From Candidatus Eiseniibacteriota bacterium (lineage in GTDB: Bacteria > Joyebacterota > Joyebacteria > Joyebacterales > Joyebacteraceae): DNA of 33,316 bases. The stretch is taken from NCBI GenBank assembly GCA_043819135.1, contig JBDRFG010000100.1, positions 1-33,316 of the forward strand, written 5' to 3'. Of this stretch, positions 24,598 to 33,316 are shown piece by piece. The translations under genes were made by a program, and so were the position numbers. Position 1 is the first letter of the stretch; each line of letters begins with the position of its first letter. Below the pieces are notes generated by a model. It made no database searches, was not told the origin of the DNA, and saw nothing but the letters and a program-made list of their open reading frames with translations.

Positions 24598-26873
24598 TCG
24601 GGCATTCCCTCCGACGGTTCACTACTGAGAACACTGGCGGCGACTCCCGACATGTTCATCGAGCGAATGCGGCCTCCGGCGTTGCAGTCTCGATAGACCC
24701 CGAGCACGCGCCTGATCATGCGGAGGTTCTCGTCGAGGTCCGCGCCGAAGTTGTGTGGATGCCACCAGAGATGGAGCAGTTCCCGCTCACCGGCCGCGTG
24801 CTCTATCGCCTTGCAGAGGCGCCTCTCCTGGAGCCTGGTCGACAGATTCAACGCCCCGCTGCTCGGGCGGACGAAGAAGCTCCCAGGGATGTTGCACAAC
24901 CCCCGGTCTTCCACTATCTCGCTCCACCTGAAGGTGTGGTGGCCGCCTATGTTCACGTACGAGTCGGCGAGCCGGACCACCCTCCTGATGAACCCCACGC
25001 TACCGTCTCCGCGTGATGCTCCGCCGTTTGCGTGGCCGCGATAGCACTCGAACCCGTTTCGTCTCAGTGACTCGTGGTAATCGGGGTTCACCTGGTTGCG
25101 CGGAAGCGCTATCGACCTCAGCCGGATCCCCTTTCTGGCGGCGATCAGGACGGCGCTGCGCAGGTCGTCGCCGAACTGCTCCGCTGTCTGCCCGTCCTCC
25201 AGGCAGTAATAGTGCGAGAACGTGTGTGACCCAATCTCCTGGTTTGGGGCCGACCGGATGAGATCGATCAGGTCCGCCGCGAAGTGCACGGGGTCGGTGA
25301 AATGGTCCGGGCCCGCGGACTCGGCGTAGGGGGAGAGTCCCTCGCGGAGATAGGTCGGCTTCAGCGCCGGCGAGCACTCGTGCAGTTCGGGGAGTGAAGC
25401 CGCGAACAGGAAGCCTACGGTGGCCCATGTGGCGGCGATCTCGAACTCATCGAAGATGTCGAGGATCCCCTCTACGGCCTTTCGCGTTCCCCGGAGGTTC
25501 CTGCCGTATCTGCCGTCCGCGGAGAGCCTGTCCCTCATTCCCCAGTGGAGCTCAAGGTCGAGGGACACGACCAGCGCTCCGTAATCCGGCAGCTCAGAGG
25601 GCATCGATTCACTGTCTCTCCCGATTCCCAGTTCCCGGTTCCATCCCGCCCAGACGGCGTCCGCGTCGGCGACGCCAGTAGTCTCGTGCGCAGATGGGGA
25701 GGGCGACTCGCGAACCGGAACGCTGTCCGGGCTCAGCCGGCTGCGGTAGACCGCCAGTGTGTCACCGACGACCCGCTCCTCGGAGAACGTCGTCCTCACG
25801 CGCTCCCTTGCTTCGCTTCCCAGCGTCCCGCGCAACACCGGGTCGGTCGCCAGTGTTATCATCGCGTTCTTCAGAGCGGCCGCGTCCTGCTTGGGAACGA
25901 GGAGCCCAGCCCGTCCGTCGACGGCCACGTCCCTGCAGCCGGGCACGTCCGTTGCGATCAGCGCTCTTCCGGCAGCACCGGCTTCGAGCAGCGTCCGTGG
26001 CGTGCCCTCTCTATATGAAGGCAGGACGACAACGTGCGCGCGCCCGAGGAACGGTTGTATGTCCTGCTGGTGTCCGAGCCACTCGATGTTCGGGTGCTCG
26101 TTGACGGCCTCGAGCCACTTCCGCGGAACGGCGTCCGGGGTCCCGGAGTCCGGGTCTCCCAGCAGCACGAACCTGCACTCGGGGTGTTCGGCGGCGACGT
26201 CGCGGGCCGCTTCCACGAACTCGCGTACCCCTTTGGCCCACAGCATCCGGCACGCCATGAGGAATACGATGTCCCCGCCTGGGTCGGGTTCGGGAGTGAG
26301 AGCCAGGCGGTCCACGTCCACGCCCGATCCGCGGATCAGCATGGCCCTGCCGGGGCCGACGAGCCCGGACGATGTGAAGATGCGGAGGTCGTCTTTGTTC
26401 TGGAAGATCGTGACGGCGTTGCCGCCAAGGGCGAGCCGGTAGCCGGCGGCGGCGATTCTCAACCGCAGCCCGTCGGACGTGAACGCCAGACCGAGACCCG
26501 TGACCGATTGGACGACGCCGCGCACACGCGTCAGTCGCGCCGCCACGCCTCCGAGAATGATGGGCTTGATCGTGAAGTGGTGGACGACGTCTGGTCGCAG
26601 CGTCAGATAGAGCCAGCAAAGTCTCCCGAGAGCTCCGGCGTTGCGAAGCGGCGACATGCTCCTGCGATTGAACTTCCACACCACGAACCGTGCACCGAGA
26701 GCTTCGAGTTCCGTTCGCATCCGTTCATCAGGCGCGACCGCCGTGACGTCCCAGTTCTCACGCACGAGTCTTCTGATGGTCGAGGCTCTGAAGTTGTGCA
26801 GGTACCAGGACGTATTCGACACGAGAACGATGCGGCTGCTGCGGCGATCCCGACGGCGCGCGCGAGAGAACAT
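24537..26873 (-). CDS. Fusion protein: GT4 glycosyltransferase (PglA/CapM-like) plus CE4 polysaccharide deacetylase
   Basis: ATG 26873 follows GAGGAGG. N-half: SNTSWYLHNFR, HFTIKP, FQNKDD, GSGVD, LPSYREGTPRTLLEA. C-half: SLDLELHWG, ATWATVG, EIGSHTFSHYYC, HLWWHPHNFG. 778 aa with no internal stop. Confidence 0.88.
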   Translation of the reverse strand: MFSRARRRDRRSSRIVLVSNTSWYLHNFRASTIRRLVRENWDVTAVAPDERMRTELEALGARFVVWKFNRRSMSPLRNAGALGRLCWLYLTLRPDVVHHFTIKPIILGGVAARLTRVRGVVQSVTGLGLAFTSDGLRLRIAAAGYRLALGGNAVTIFQNKDDLRIFTSSGLVGPGRAMLIRGSGVDVDRLALTPEPDPGGDIVFLMACRMLWAKGVREFVEAARDVAAEHPECRFVLLGDPDSGTPDAVPRKWLEAVNEHPNIEWLGHQQDIQPFLGRAHVVVLPSYREGTPRTLLEAGAAGRALIATDVPGCRDVAVDGRAGLLVPKQDAAALKNAMITLATDPVLRGTLGSEARERVRTTFSEERVVGDTLAVYRSRLSPDSVPVRESPSPSAHETTGVADADAVWAGWNRELGIGRDSESMPSELPDYGALVVSLDLELHWGMRDRLSADGRYGRNLRGTRKAVEGILDIFDEFEIAATWATVGFLFAASLPELHECSPALKPTYLREGLSPYAESAGPDHFTDPVHFAADLIDLIRSAPNQEIGSHTFSHYYCLEDGQTAEQFGDDLRSAVLIAARKGIRLRSIALPRNQVNPDYHESLRRNGFECYRGHANGGASRGDGSVGFIRRVVRLADSYVNIGGHHTFRWSEIVEDRGLCNIPGSFFVRPSSGALNLSTRLQERRLCKAIEHAAGERELLHLWWHPHNFGADLDENLRMIRRVLGVYRDCNAGGRIRSMNMSGVAASVLSSEPSEGMPEWLRDPHYLSLRMETQLESS

Positions 26874-27089
26874 CGGCCCTCCTCTTCCTGTTTGCACGGT
26901 CGCAGATGCCTGCCCGAGCGCAGGCGCATCATGTGAACTTCCGGTCAAGGTATAACCGGACCGTTCAGCGCCGTCGTGGATTAGCGGGCTTTCATTGCGG
27001 CGCGGCGGTGTTTTCCGTGATCGGCTGTTGTCCGACCCGAGGGTAGCCAGCAAGGTGTCACAGGAAATTCCCCAAGGAGGTGTGCTGCG

Positions 27090-27629
27090 ATGACAGTCAT
27101 ATCGTTCCGTGAATTGGCAAGGACCAGCGCGGTGACCGGATTCACGTGCGTCGCGGCGATAATCATCGCTTTCGCACCTGCTCAGCCTTCGTTCGCCACG
27201 GAGCCGGTCAAGACAGCCGCCGAAACCGAAGGCGGCATCCGGCAGCCGCAGTACTACCTGGCGCCGGGTCTGGAGGATGAACTGAACATCCGGGTCCAGA
27301 TATGGGGAGAGGTGCGGGTCCCGGGGCTGTACATAGTGGCCGACGGGACCGATCTCATCGAAGCGATCTCGCTGGCCGGCGGGCCAACGGCGGACGCATC
27401 GCTCTCGGGGGTCAAGGTCGTGAGGTTCGCCGGGGACTTCAGGGGAGTGATAGACGTCGACGTCAGCGACTACATCGAGTCGGCCTCCGAGGACGCGACG
27501 CTCTGGCTTCAGCCCAACGACACGATCAACGTGCCCGCACGATTCTGGCCGAAGGTCGGCAGATGGGCCGGACTCCTGACGACCCTCGCTCTCATCGCAA
27601 ACGTGGTCGTCAATGCCAGCAACAAGTAG
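27090..27629 (+). CDS. Short SLBB-domain polysaccharide export (Wza/OPX-like) protein
   Basis: Signal peptide, then VQIWGEVRVPGLY...LIEAISLAGG...LQPNDTINVP (SLBB) and a C-terminal hydrophobic helix. AAGGAGG RBS; directly upstream of wzc. Confidence 0.8.
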   Translation: MTVISFRELARTSAVTGFTCVAAIIIAFAPAQPSFATEPVKTAAETEGGIRQPQYYLAPGLEDELNIRVQIWGEVRVPGLYIVADGTDLIEAISLAGGPTADASLSGVKVVRFAGDFRGVIDVDVSDYIESASEDATLWLQPNDTINVPARFWPKVGRWAGLLTTLALIANVVVNASNK

Positions 27630-27653
27630 ACGCGACGCTCTCGGAGGGCCCGA

Positions 27654-29882
27654 ATGCCCGAACACGACGCCCGGATCTTCCCCGACTCCATCACGATTAT
27701 CAGACGGCACAGACTGCTCATCGCGACCGTTCTGCTCGTTGGAGTGGGAGCAGCCTCTGCGGTGAACCAGTTCTCCCGCGCCGTCTACGAGGGCGAGGCC
27801 ACAGTGATGGTGGTGGCTCCGCGGAGCATCGCGGCGTCGCTCATTTCTCTCCCGACAATGCCCCAGGACAGGGCATCCGCCCTCTACAACCAGATCCAGG
27901 TGCTGCGGAGCCGCACTCTGGCGGAGCGCGTCCACGATCGAATCGCGCGGATGCCCGCGTCCGCGAGCGGTCAGTTCCTCGAGAAGGACGGAGAGCCGCT
28001 GCCGGAAGACGAGGTCATCAGGAGCCTGCAGGCTAAGCTCCAGGCGATGCCGGCCGCCAACGCGGACGTCGTAGTGATCCGCGCCCGGGCCGGGAGCGCC
28101 GATGGGGCACAGCTCGTGACCAATGCCTACCTCGACGAGTTCCTCGACTACAGCCGACTGTCAGCGCGCGACGAGATCGGCGAGGTGAAGGTCTTCCTCT
28201 CGTCGCAGCTGGAGGTCGTCGAGGGCAGATTGCACGCGGCCGAGGAGAGTCTCAGGGAGTACCAGGAAGAGCATAAGGTGGTCGGTCTGCCCGCCGAGGC
28301 TGAGGCCGTGGTCGAACAGGTCACGCAGTTCGAGGGGCTTCTCAACGAGTCCCGAACCGAGTACGGCATGCAGAAGGCGCGGCTCAACCATCTCCGTCTC
28401 GAGCTCAGCCAGCAGATGAAGACGTTGCCGGAGGACATCACCGAGGTGTCCAGCCCCACGATCGCCACACTCAGAGGAAGTCTCGCCGAACTCGAGGGCG
28501 TGCACTCGCAGCTCCTGGCCGGTGGGTATACGGACTCTCATCCCAAGATGGTGCAGGTCCGAACCGACATCGATGAGACCAAGCGCAGACTGGTCGAGAC
28601 CACGAGAGAAGCGCTGGAGAGAACCCTCTCAACGCAGGATCCGCTGGCCTACTCACAGGAGCTGGTAGAGAAGATCCTCGTTCTGGAAGTCGACGTGGCA
28701 AGCACGTCCGCGAGGATCGAGAAGCTCGGTGGTGTCGTGGAGGAATACTCCGAGCGCATGACAGAACTCCCGCTGACCTCTCTGGAGCTTGCGAGACTCG
28801 AGAGGGACCGTCGCGTCAACGAGGACATCTACACGCTGCTCCTCGAGTCATCCGAAGAGGCGCGCATCGCCGAGGCTCGCGAGACCGGAGAGGTTCGCGC
28901 CATCGACAGGGCCCAGCGTCCCCAGTGGCCGGTCACGCCGAGGCGGAAGTTGAACCTGGCAGTCGGAGGCATGCTCGGCCTGCTGTTCGGGTTCGGCATG
29001 GCGTTCGTGCGTGAATCACGAGACGACACGATCAAGTCGGTCGCAGATATCGAGGACTCGCTGGCACTGAAGGTACTCGGGATGATCCCGGTGTTCGGCG
29101 CTTCTGGTGTCAGTCCCGGACGCAGGCACAACGGTCGCGGGAACGGGTCGTCACTCAAGAAACACCTTCTGATAGGGCACGAACCGCACTCGCAGGCGTC
29201 CGAATCATACAGGGCGCTCAGGACGAATCTGTGCTATCTCGGCCGGAACGGTCCGCCGCGCACTCTGGTCATCACGAGTGCCGGGCCGGGCGAGGGCAAG
29301 TCGGCCACGGCCTCGAACCTGGCGATGGCGTTCGCGAGGCAGGGGACGAGCGTGCTGCTCGTCGACTGCGATCTCAGACGCCCCGTGCTCGATCAAGTGT
29401 TCGAGCTTCCCGCTGAGCGCGGGCTGACAGACGTGCTCAGGGGCGAGCTGATGATAGACGATGCTCTCAAGCCGTCCGAGGTGGAGAACCTGACCGTCTT
29501 GACGGGTGGTGCCACTACCGATAGCCCGGCTGAACTCCTGGGTTCCTTCACTATGGAGGCGGTTCTCGATGAGCTCTCCCGGCGATTCGAGTGTGTCATC
29601 CTCGATTGCCCTCCACTGCTTCCGGTGACCGATGCCGCCGTCGTCGCAGCCAAGGCGGAGGGGGTCATCCTTGTAGCCCGGGCGGACAGCACCTGTCTGG
29701 GCGCGCTTACGAGGGCCAAGACGCTTCTCGAGAACGTCAGAGCCAGGGTGCTAGGGGCGGTCATCAACATGGTCGGCAGGAGAGCGGGTGCGTACGGCGA
29801 CTACGGATACTCGCACTACTACTCGAACTACGACAGCTACTACTCCACCTCCGCGTCGCGCGACAAGCAGGCCTCCGCGTGA
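27654..29882 (+). CDS. wzc: Polysaccharide co-polymerase / BY tyrosine kinase
   Basis: Two TMs flank a coiled-coil region. ESYRALRTN, Walker A SAGPGEGKS, VDCDLRRP, ILDCPP and Tyr cluster YGDYGYSHYYSNYDSYY. Confidence 0.95.
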   Translation: MPEHDARIFPDSITIIRRHRLLIATVLLVGVGAASAVNQFSRAVYEGEATVMVVAPRSIAASLISLPTMPQDRASALYNQIQVLRSRTLAERVHDRIARMPASASGQFLEKDGEPLPEDEVIRSLQAKLQAMPAANADVVVIRARAGSADGAQLVTNAYLDEFLDYSRLSARDEIGEVKVFLSSQLEVVEGRLHAAEESLREYQEEHKVVGLPAEAEAVVEQVTQFEGLLNESRTEYGMQKARLNHLRLELSQQMKTLPEDITEVSSPTIATLRGSLAELEGVHSQLLAGGYTDSHPKMVQVRTDIDETKRRLVETTREALERTLSTQDPLAYSQELVEKILVLEVDVASTSARIEKLGGVVEEYSERMTELPLTSLELARLERDRRVNEDIYTLLLESSEEARIAEARETGEVRAIDRAQRPQWPVTPRRKLNLAVGGMLGLLFGFGMAFVRESRDDTIKSVADIEDSLALKVLGMIPVFGASGVSPGRRHNGRGNGSSLKKHLLIGHEPHSQASESYRALRTNLCYLGRNGPPRTLVITSAGPGEGKSATASNLAMAFARQGTSVLLVDCDLRRPVLDQVFELPAERGLTDVLRGELMIDDALKPSEVENLTVLTGGATTDSPAELLGSFTMEAVLDELSRRFECVILDCPPLLPVTDAAVVAAKAEGVILVARADSTCLGALTRAKTLLENVRARVLGAVINMVGRRAGAYGDYGYSHYYSNYDSYYSTSASRDKQASA

Positions 29883-29937
29883 CGCATCACCGTTCGTACG
29901 TTGCCAGCTCCTCCACGCGTGATTCCGGGAGGGCCGA

Positions 29938-31221
29938 TTGAGGTTCGTCAGCGGACTCGCGATCGCCGGTGTGGCCGCAGCGCTGTCGTGGGTGCTGGTG
30001 CCGGTGATCGGGCGTCTGGGTGTCCACGTGGGCCTGGTGGACCATCCGAGCGCCCGCCGGGTGAGGGCTCGACCCGTCCCAACAACCGGCGGACTGACGA
30101 TATTCCTCGTATTCGGCGCGGCGATGCTCCTAGGCTACCTCTTCTATCACGACTTCCCCTGGCAGCTGGTCCCCCAGCTCAAGGTGCTCCTCACGGGGTT
30201 CGTCTCTATCGCGATGCTGGGTGTGGTCGACGACCGCCTGGAGCTGCGGCCCATCGTGAAGCTCGCCATCCAGACACTGATCGTCTGCGGCGTCGTGGCC
30301 GGAGGCCTCGCACTTGAAGAGGTCCGGTTCCTGCTCGGACCGACGGTCAACATTGGCTGGCTGGGCTATCCAGTAGCCGTCGTTTGGTTCCTGCTGTTCA
30401 TGAATGCGCTGAACCTCATCGACGGGCTGGACGGCCTCGCCGGTGGCATCGCTGCGCTCGCTTCTCTCGGTCTGCTGGCGGTCGCCGCAATCAAAGGCAA
30501 CCCGCTCCTGTTCTTCGCTGCGGCGGTGCTGCTGGGAGCCATCGGCGGTTTTCTCGTTCACAACTTCTCGCACGGCAGAGTCTATCTCGGTGATGTCGGC
30601 AGCAACGGCCTCGGCTTCCTTCTCGCGGGAGTTGCCATCGTAGGCGCCGACAACGACGTGGCCAGCTCATCGGTTCTCATCGCCGGCGCGTGCATGGCCG
30701 TGCCTACCTTCGACATAGTGACATCCGTGATGAGACGCCTGCTGGCAGGGCGCGGCCTCATGGCGTCCGATCACGGCCACATCCACCACAGGCTCATCGG
30801 CTTCGGACTCAGTCCCAGGGGAGTCGTGCTGGTTCTCTGGGGAGTGACCCTCTTCTTCGGGGGGCAGGTGCTCAGCATCATGGCTTCCCAGGGGTGGGTC
30901 TACTCGGCCGCGGGGCTTGTGGCGGGCGCGGCGGTGGCGCTGACGATCATCGCGCAGCGGAAGAAGAACACGCTTACAACGACCAGGAACGTCGCAGATG
31001 AGATCTTCTACCTCCTCGGAACGCGCGACTCCTCGACTCTCGAGCCCTCTATGGACGACTCCAGGCTCCGCACGATGATCCGGAACCAAATTCGCCGCGA
31101 AGCGCGGTTCAGGCGCGCGAACGGCAACGGCAACGGGCACGGCAAAGCGGTCGACCCGACCGAAGTCGAGCCCACGGAACGCAGGCCAGTCCCAGAACCT
31201 CTGGCTTCACTCCTTCGATAG
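29938..31221 (+). CDS. wecA: Undecaprenyl-phosphate GlcNAc-1-phosphate transferase (WecA/TagO family)
   Basis: VDHPSARRV..P..GG, GVVDD, MNALNLIDGLDGL, YLGDVGS and DHGHIHHRL (WecA HIHH motif). TTG follows GGGAGG. Confidence 0.88.
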   Translation: MRFVSGLAIAGVAAALSWVLVPVIGRLGVHVGLVDHPSARRVRARPVPTTGGLTIFLVFGAAMLLGYLFYHDFPWQLVPQLKVLLTGFVSIAMLGVVDDRLELRPIVKLAIQTLIVCGVVAGGLALEEVRFLLGPTVNIGWLGYPVAVVWFLLFMNALNLIDGLDGLAGGIAALASLGLLAVAAIKGNPLLFFAAAVLLGAIGGFLVHNFSHGRVYLGDVGSNGLGFLLAGVAIVGADNDVASSSVLIAGACMAVPTFDIVTSVMRRLLAGRGLMASDHGHIHHRLIGFGLSPRGVVLVLWGVTLFFGGQVLSIMASQGWVYSAAGLVAGAAVALTIIAQRKKNTLTTTRNVADEIFYLLGTRDSSTLEPSMDDSRLRTMIRNQIRREARFRRANGNGNGHGKAVDPTEVEPTERRPVPEPLASLLR

Positions 31222-31342
31222 AAGTTGCCCACCCATGGCAGCAGCGTGATACTATTCGGAATGCAATTGTGGTCGGAGAGCTCAGCCACGCATCCTGACG
31301 GCGTGCATTGAAGCGCCCACGATACGCGAGGAAACGGTTGCC

Positions 31343-31897
31343 ATGGAAATCGCACTCAGCATTCTCGTAGGCGTTGGCCTGGCCGCGGCCTGCGGGTTCA
31401 GGGTGTTCGTTCCGTTCTTCGTCGTGAGCGTCGCCGCGATGAGCGGTCACCTGGAGCTTGCGCCCGGGTTCGATTGGATGGGCACACACTACGCGCTCAT
31501 CGCGTTCGCGGCTGCAACGCTGCTCGAAGTCGTCGCGTACTACGTCCCGTGGCTGGACAACCTCCTCGACACCATGGCCACTCCGGCCGCCGTGGCGGCG
31601 GGCATCGTCATCACGGCTTCGGTCGTCGGCGACTTGTCACCGTTTCTAAGATGGACGCTGGCGGTGATAGCGGGCGGGGGGACAGCCGCTGCCGTTCAGG
31701 CGGGGACCGTTGCGCTCCGCGGCACCTCCTCGGTCACGACCGGCGGACTCGCCAATCCGGTCGTCTCGACCGGAGAGCTGGGTGGATCGGCTGTCGTCGC
31801 GACTCTCGCGGTGGTGCTGCCCATCGTCGCCGTCGCGCTGGTCATCATCATGGGCGCGTTTCTCGTGCGTCTGAGACGGTGGTCGCGGAGAACCTGA
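31343..31897 (+). CDS. DUF4126-family membrane protein
   Basis: GVGLAAACGFRVFVP...LEVVAYYVPWLDNLLD...GGLANPVVSTGE. Confidence 0.85.
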   Translation: MEIALSILVGVGLAAACGFRVFVPFFVVSVAAMSGHLELAPGFDWMGTHYALIAFAAATLLEVVAYYVPWLDNLLDTMATPAAVAAGIVITASVVGDLSPFLRWTLAVIAGGGTAAAVQAGTVALRGTSSVTTGGLANPVVSTGELGGSAVVATLAVVLPIVAVALVIIMGAFLVRLRRWSRRT

Positions 31898-31921
31898 TCA
31901 CATCAACCTGATCATGTCAAC
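31891..31921. repeat. Short 14-bp tandem duplication
   Basis: AACCTGATCACATC AACCTGATCATGTC AAC, spanning the DUF4126 stop codon. Confidence 0.6.
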
Positions 31922-31984
31922 GGAGAACGGAATGAAGGCGCTGGTCGTGATGCTGACCGCGGTCACTCGCGGAGGTTCCTTGTC

Positions 31985-33316
31985 TCACGCCTGCGACAGC
32001 GCCGAGTGGATGGCCAACCGGAGCCCCCTGGTGGAGTAGGGCTTCTTGAGCAGCGGGAACCCGGTATCGGGAGGCGGCTGGTCGTTTCCGTACCTGTCGG
32101 GGAACAGGTAGCCGCTCGTGAGCAGGATGCGGGCATTGCGATCGCGAGCGTGTATCTCCTCCGCCAGTTGCGTGCCGCTCTTGCCGGGAAGGACGATGTC
32201 GCTGAAGACCAGGTCGAACCCCAGCGGGTCTCCCTCCAGCGTCTCGATGGCCTCTTCGGCGGACGCCACCTCAAGGATGTCGTAGCCCCAGTCTGTCAGG
32301 GCGCGAGTGGCGAAGGCGCGGACGCTGTCCTCGTCCTCGACCAGCAGGATCCTCTCGCCATTCGCTGCCGGAATCTCACCTACAGCCTCGCCGCTGGAAC
32401 ACTGAGCCTCATCGTCGTGCGCCCGACGCTCGGCCATCGGCAGGTATATGCAGAAGCTCGTTCCGCATCCCGGATCGCTCTCAGCGGTGACCCACCCCCC
32501 GTGCTGTTCGACTATCCCGTCGACGACGGAAAGGCCCAGGCCGGTCCCCACGCCGGGCCTCTTGGTGGTGAAGAACGGGTCGAAGATCTGTGACATTGTC
32601 TTGCTGTCCATGCCCACGCCCGTATCGCTCACGCGCAGGCAAGCGAATTCGCGAGTGCCCGGGTCGGATTCGTCCCCACAGTCAGAGGGAATCTGATTAC
32701 CGACGGACGTGCTGATCGTCAATCTGCCTCCATGAGGCATGGCATCGCGCGCGTTCACCGCGAGGTTCATCAGCACCTGTTCCAGCTGCGATGCGTCCGC
32801 GTCTATCGTGCCGGCCTCCTCGTCGAGGTCGGTGATAAGTTCGATGTCCTCTCCGATCAATCGTTCGAGCATGTCGGTCATTCCCGACACGACGTTGTTG
32901 AGGTTCTGTTCCGCCAGCCGGAGCGGCTGCTTGCGACTGAAGGCGAGAAGCTGTCGCGTCAGAGCCGCCGCCCGATCCGCGCCCTTCGAGACGGCAAACA
33001 ACATTTCACAAGCGGGGGAGTCTGGTTCCATCTGACCGAGCGCCAGCTCTGTGTAACCTGAGATGGCGGTCAGCAGGTTGTTGAAGTCGTGGGCGATTCC
33101 GCCCGCGAGCTGCCCGATCGCTTCCATCTTCTGCGACTGCAGCAGCTGTTCCTCCTTGCACGCCAGGGCCCGCTCCGCCTCCATCCTGTCCGTCACGTCC
33201 ACGGAGAGGGCGATCACGCCCACGACGACCCCGTTGCTGTCTCTGTGCGGCACTCTGTCCGTCTGTATCCACCTCGTTCCCTGCGGAAGCTCCAGCGCTT
33301 CCAGGGCGCTGTGCCT
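31985..33316 (-). CDS. Hybrid histidine kinase (PAS/PAC, HisKA, HATPase, REC), 5' end outside the window
   Basis: LAGGIAHDFNN, NLAVNARDAM, DTGVGM, GTGLGL; REC LVFSDIVLPG. The frame stays open to 33316. Confidence 0.93.
   Translation of the reverse strand, partial: RHSALEALELPQGTRWIQTDRVPHRDSNGVVVGVIALSVDVTDRMEAERALACKEEQLLQSQKMEAIGQLAGGIAHDFNNLLTAISGYTELALGQMEPDSPACEMLFAVSKGADRAAALTRQLLAFSRKQPLRLAEQNLNNVVSGMTDMLERLIGEDIELITDLDEEAGTIDADASQLEQVLMNLAVNARDAMPHGGRLTISTSVGNQIPSDCGDESDPGTREFACLRVSDTGVGMDSKTMSQIFDPFFTTKRPGVGTGLGLSVVDGIVEQHGGWVTAESDPGCGTSFCIYLPMAERRAHDDEAQCSSGEAVGEIPAANGERILLVEDEDSVRAFATRALTDWGYDILEVASAEEAIETLEGDPLGFDLVFSDIVLPGKSGTQLAEEIHARDRNARILLTSGYLFPDRYGNDQPPPDTGFPLLKKPYSTRGLRLAIHSALSQA

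Noticed and set aside
27004..27015. ops/JUMPstart-like GGCGGTG upstream of the wza-like gene
   Set aside because: It deviates from GGCGGTAGnnTG and is a common word in GC-rich DNA.
26874..27935. N-terminal 354 aa of the 1132-aa ORF
   Set aside because: It is an antisense shadow of the SLBB and wzc genes. A strong RBS supports the start at 26873.
1..33316. CRISPR array, tRNA/rRNA, IS elements or defence systems
   Set aside because: I recognised no regularly spaced repeats, cloverleafs, transposase, nuclease or reverse-transcriptase motifs by eye.

Overview
GC-rich bacterial chromosomal window with no rRNA, tRNA, CRISPR array or mobile element that I can recognise. It has three parts. (1) 1-561: the 5' part of a stand-alone elongation factor G gene with its own sigma70 promoter, missed by the ORF track. 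(2) 742-13222: a signalling island. It contains a PAS/GAF HD-GYP phosphodiesterase with a sigma54-type promoter, two tandem Rrf2-like regulators lacking the Fe-S cysteines, a 48-aa HATPase-like fragment, an Xis/BldC-like HTH-receiver regulator and two convergent hybrid histidine kinases. A third hybrid kinase is truncated at the right edge. (3) 13392-31221: a Wzx/Wzy-type surface-polysaccharide locus in four alternating units. It has WecA, Wzc, a minimal SLBB/Wza-like protein, Wzx, a Wzy/ligase-like protein, four glycosyltransferases and many tailoring enzymes (DUF2334 deacetylase, methyltransferase, CapA-like, CapK-like ligase, formyltransferase, and a deacetylase fused to one GT4). A DUF4126 gene follows. 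The most unusual signal is a roughly 180-bp degenerate duplication of promoter, leader and first codons. It is shared by the HTH-REC gene and the Rrf2 pair, and both copies carry TTGACA-N17-TATACA overlaid with 10-bp-periodic direct repeats. All family calls come from motif recognition by eye, not from database searches.
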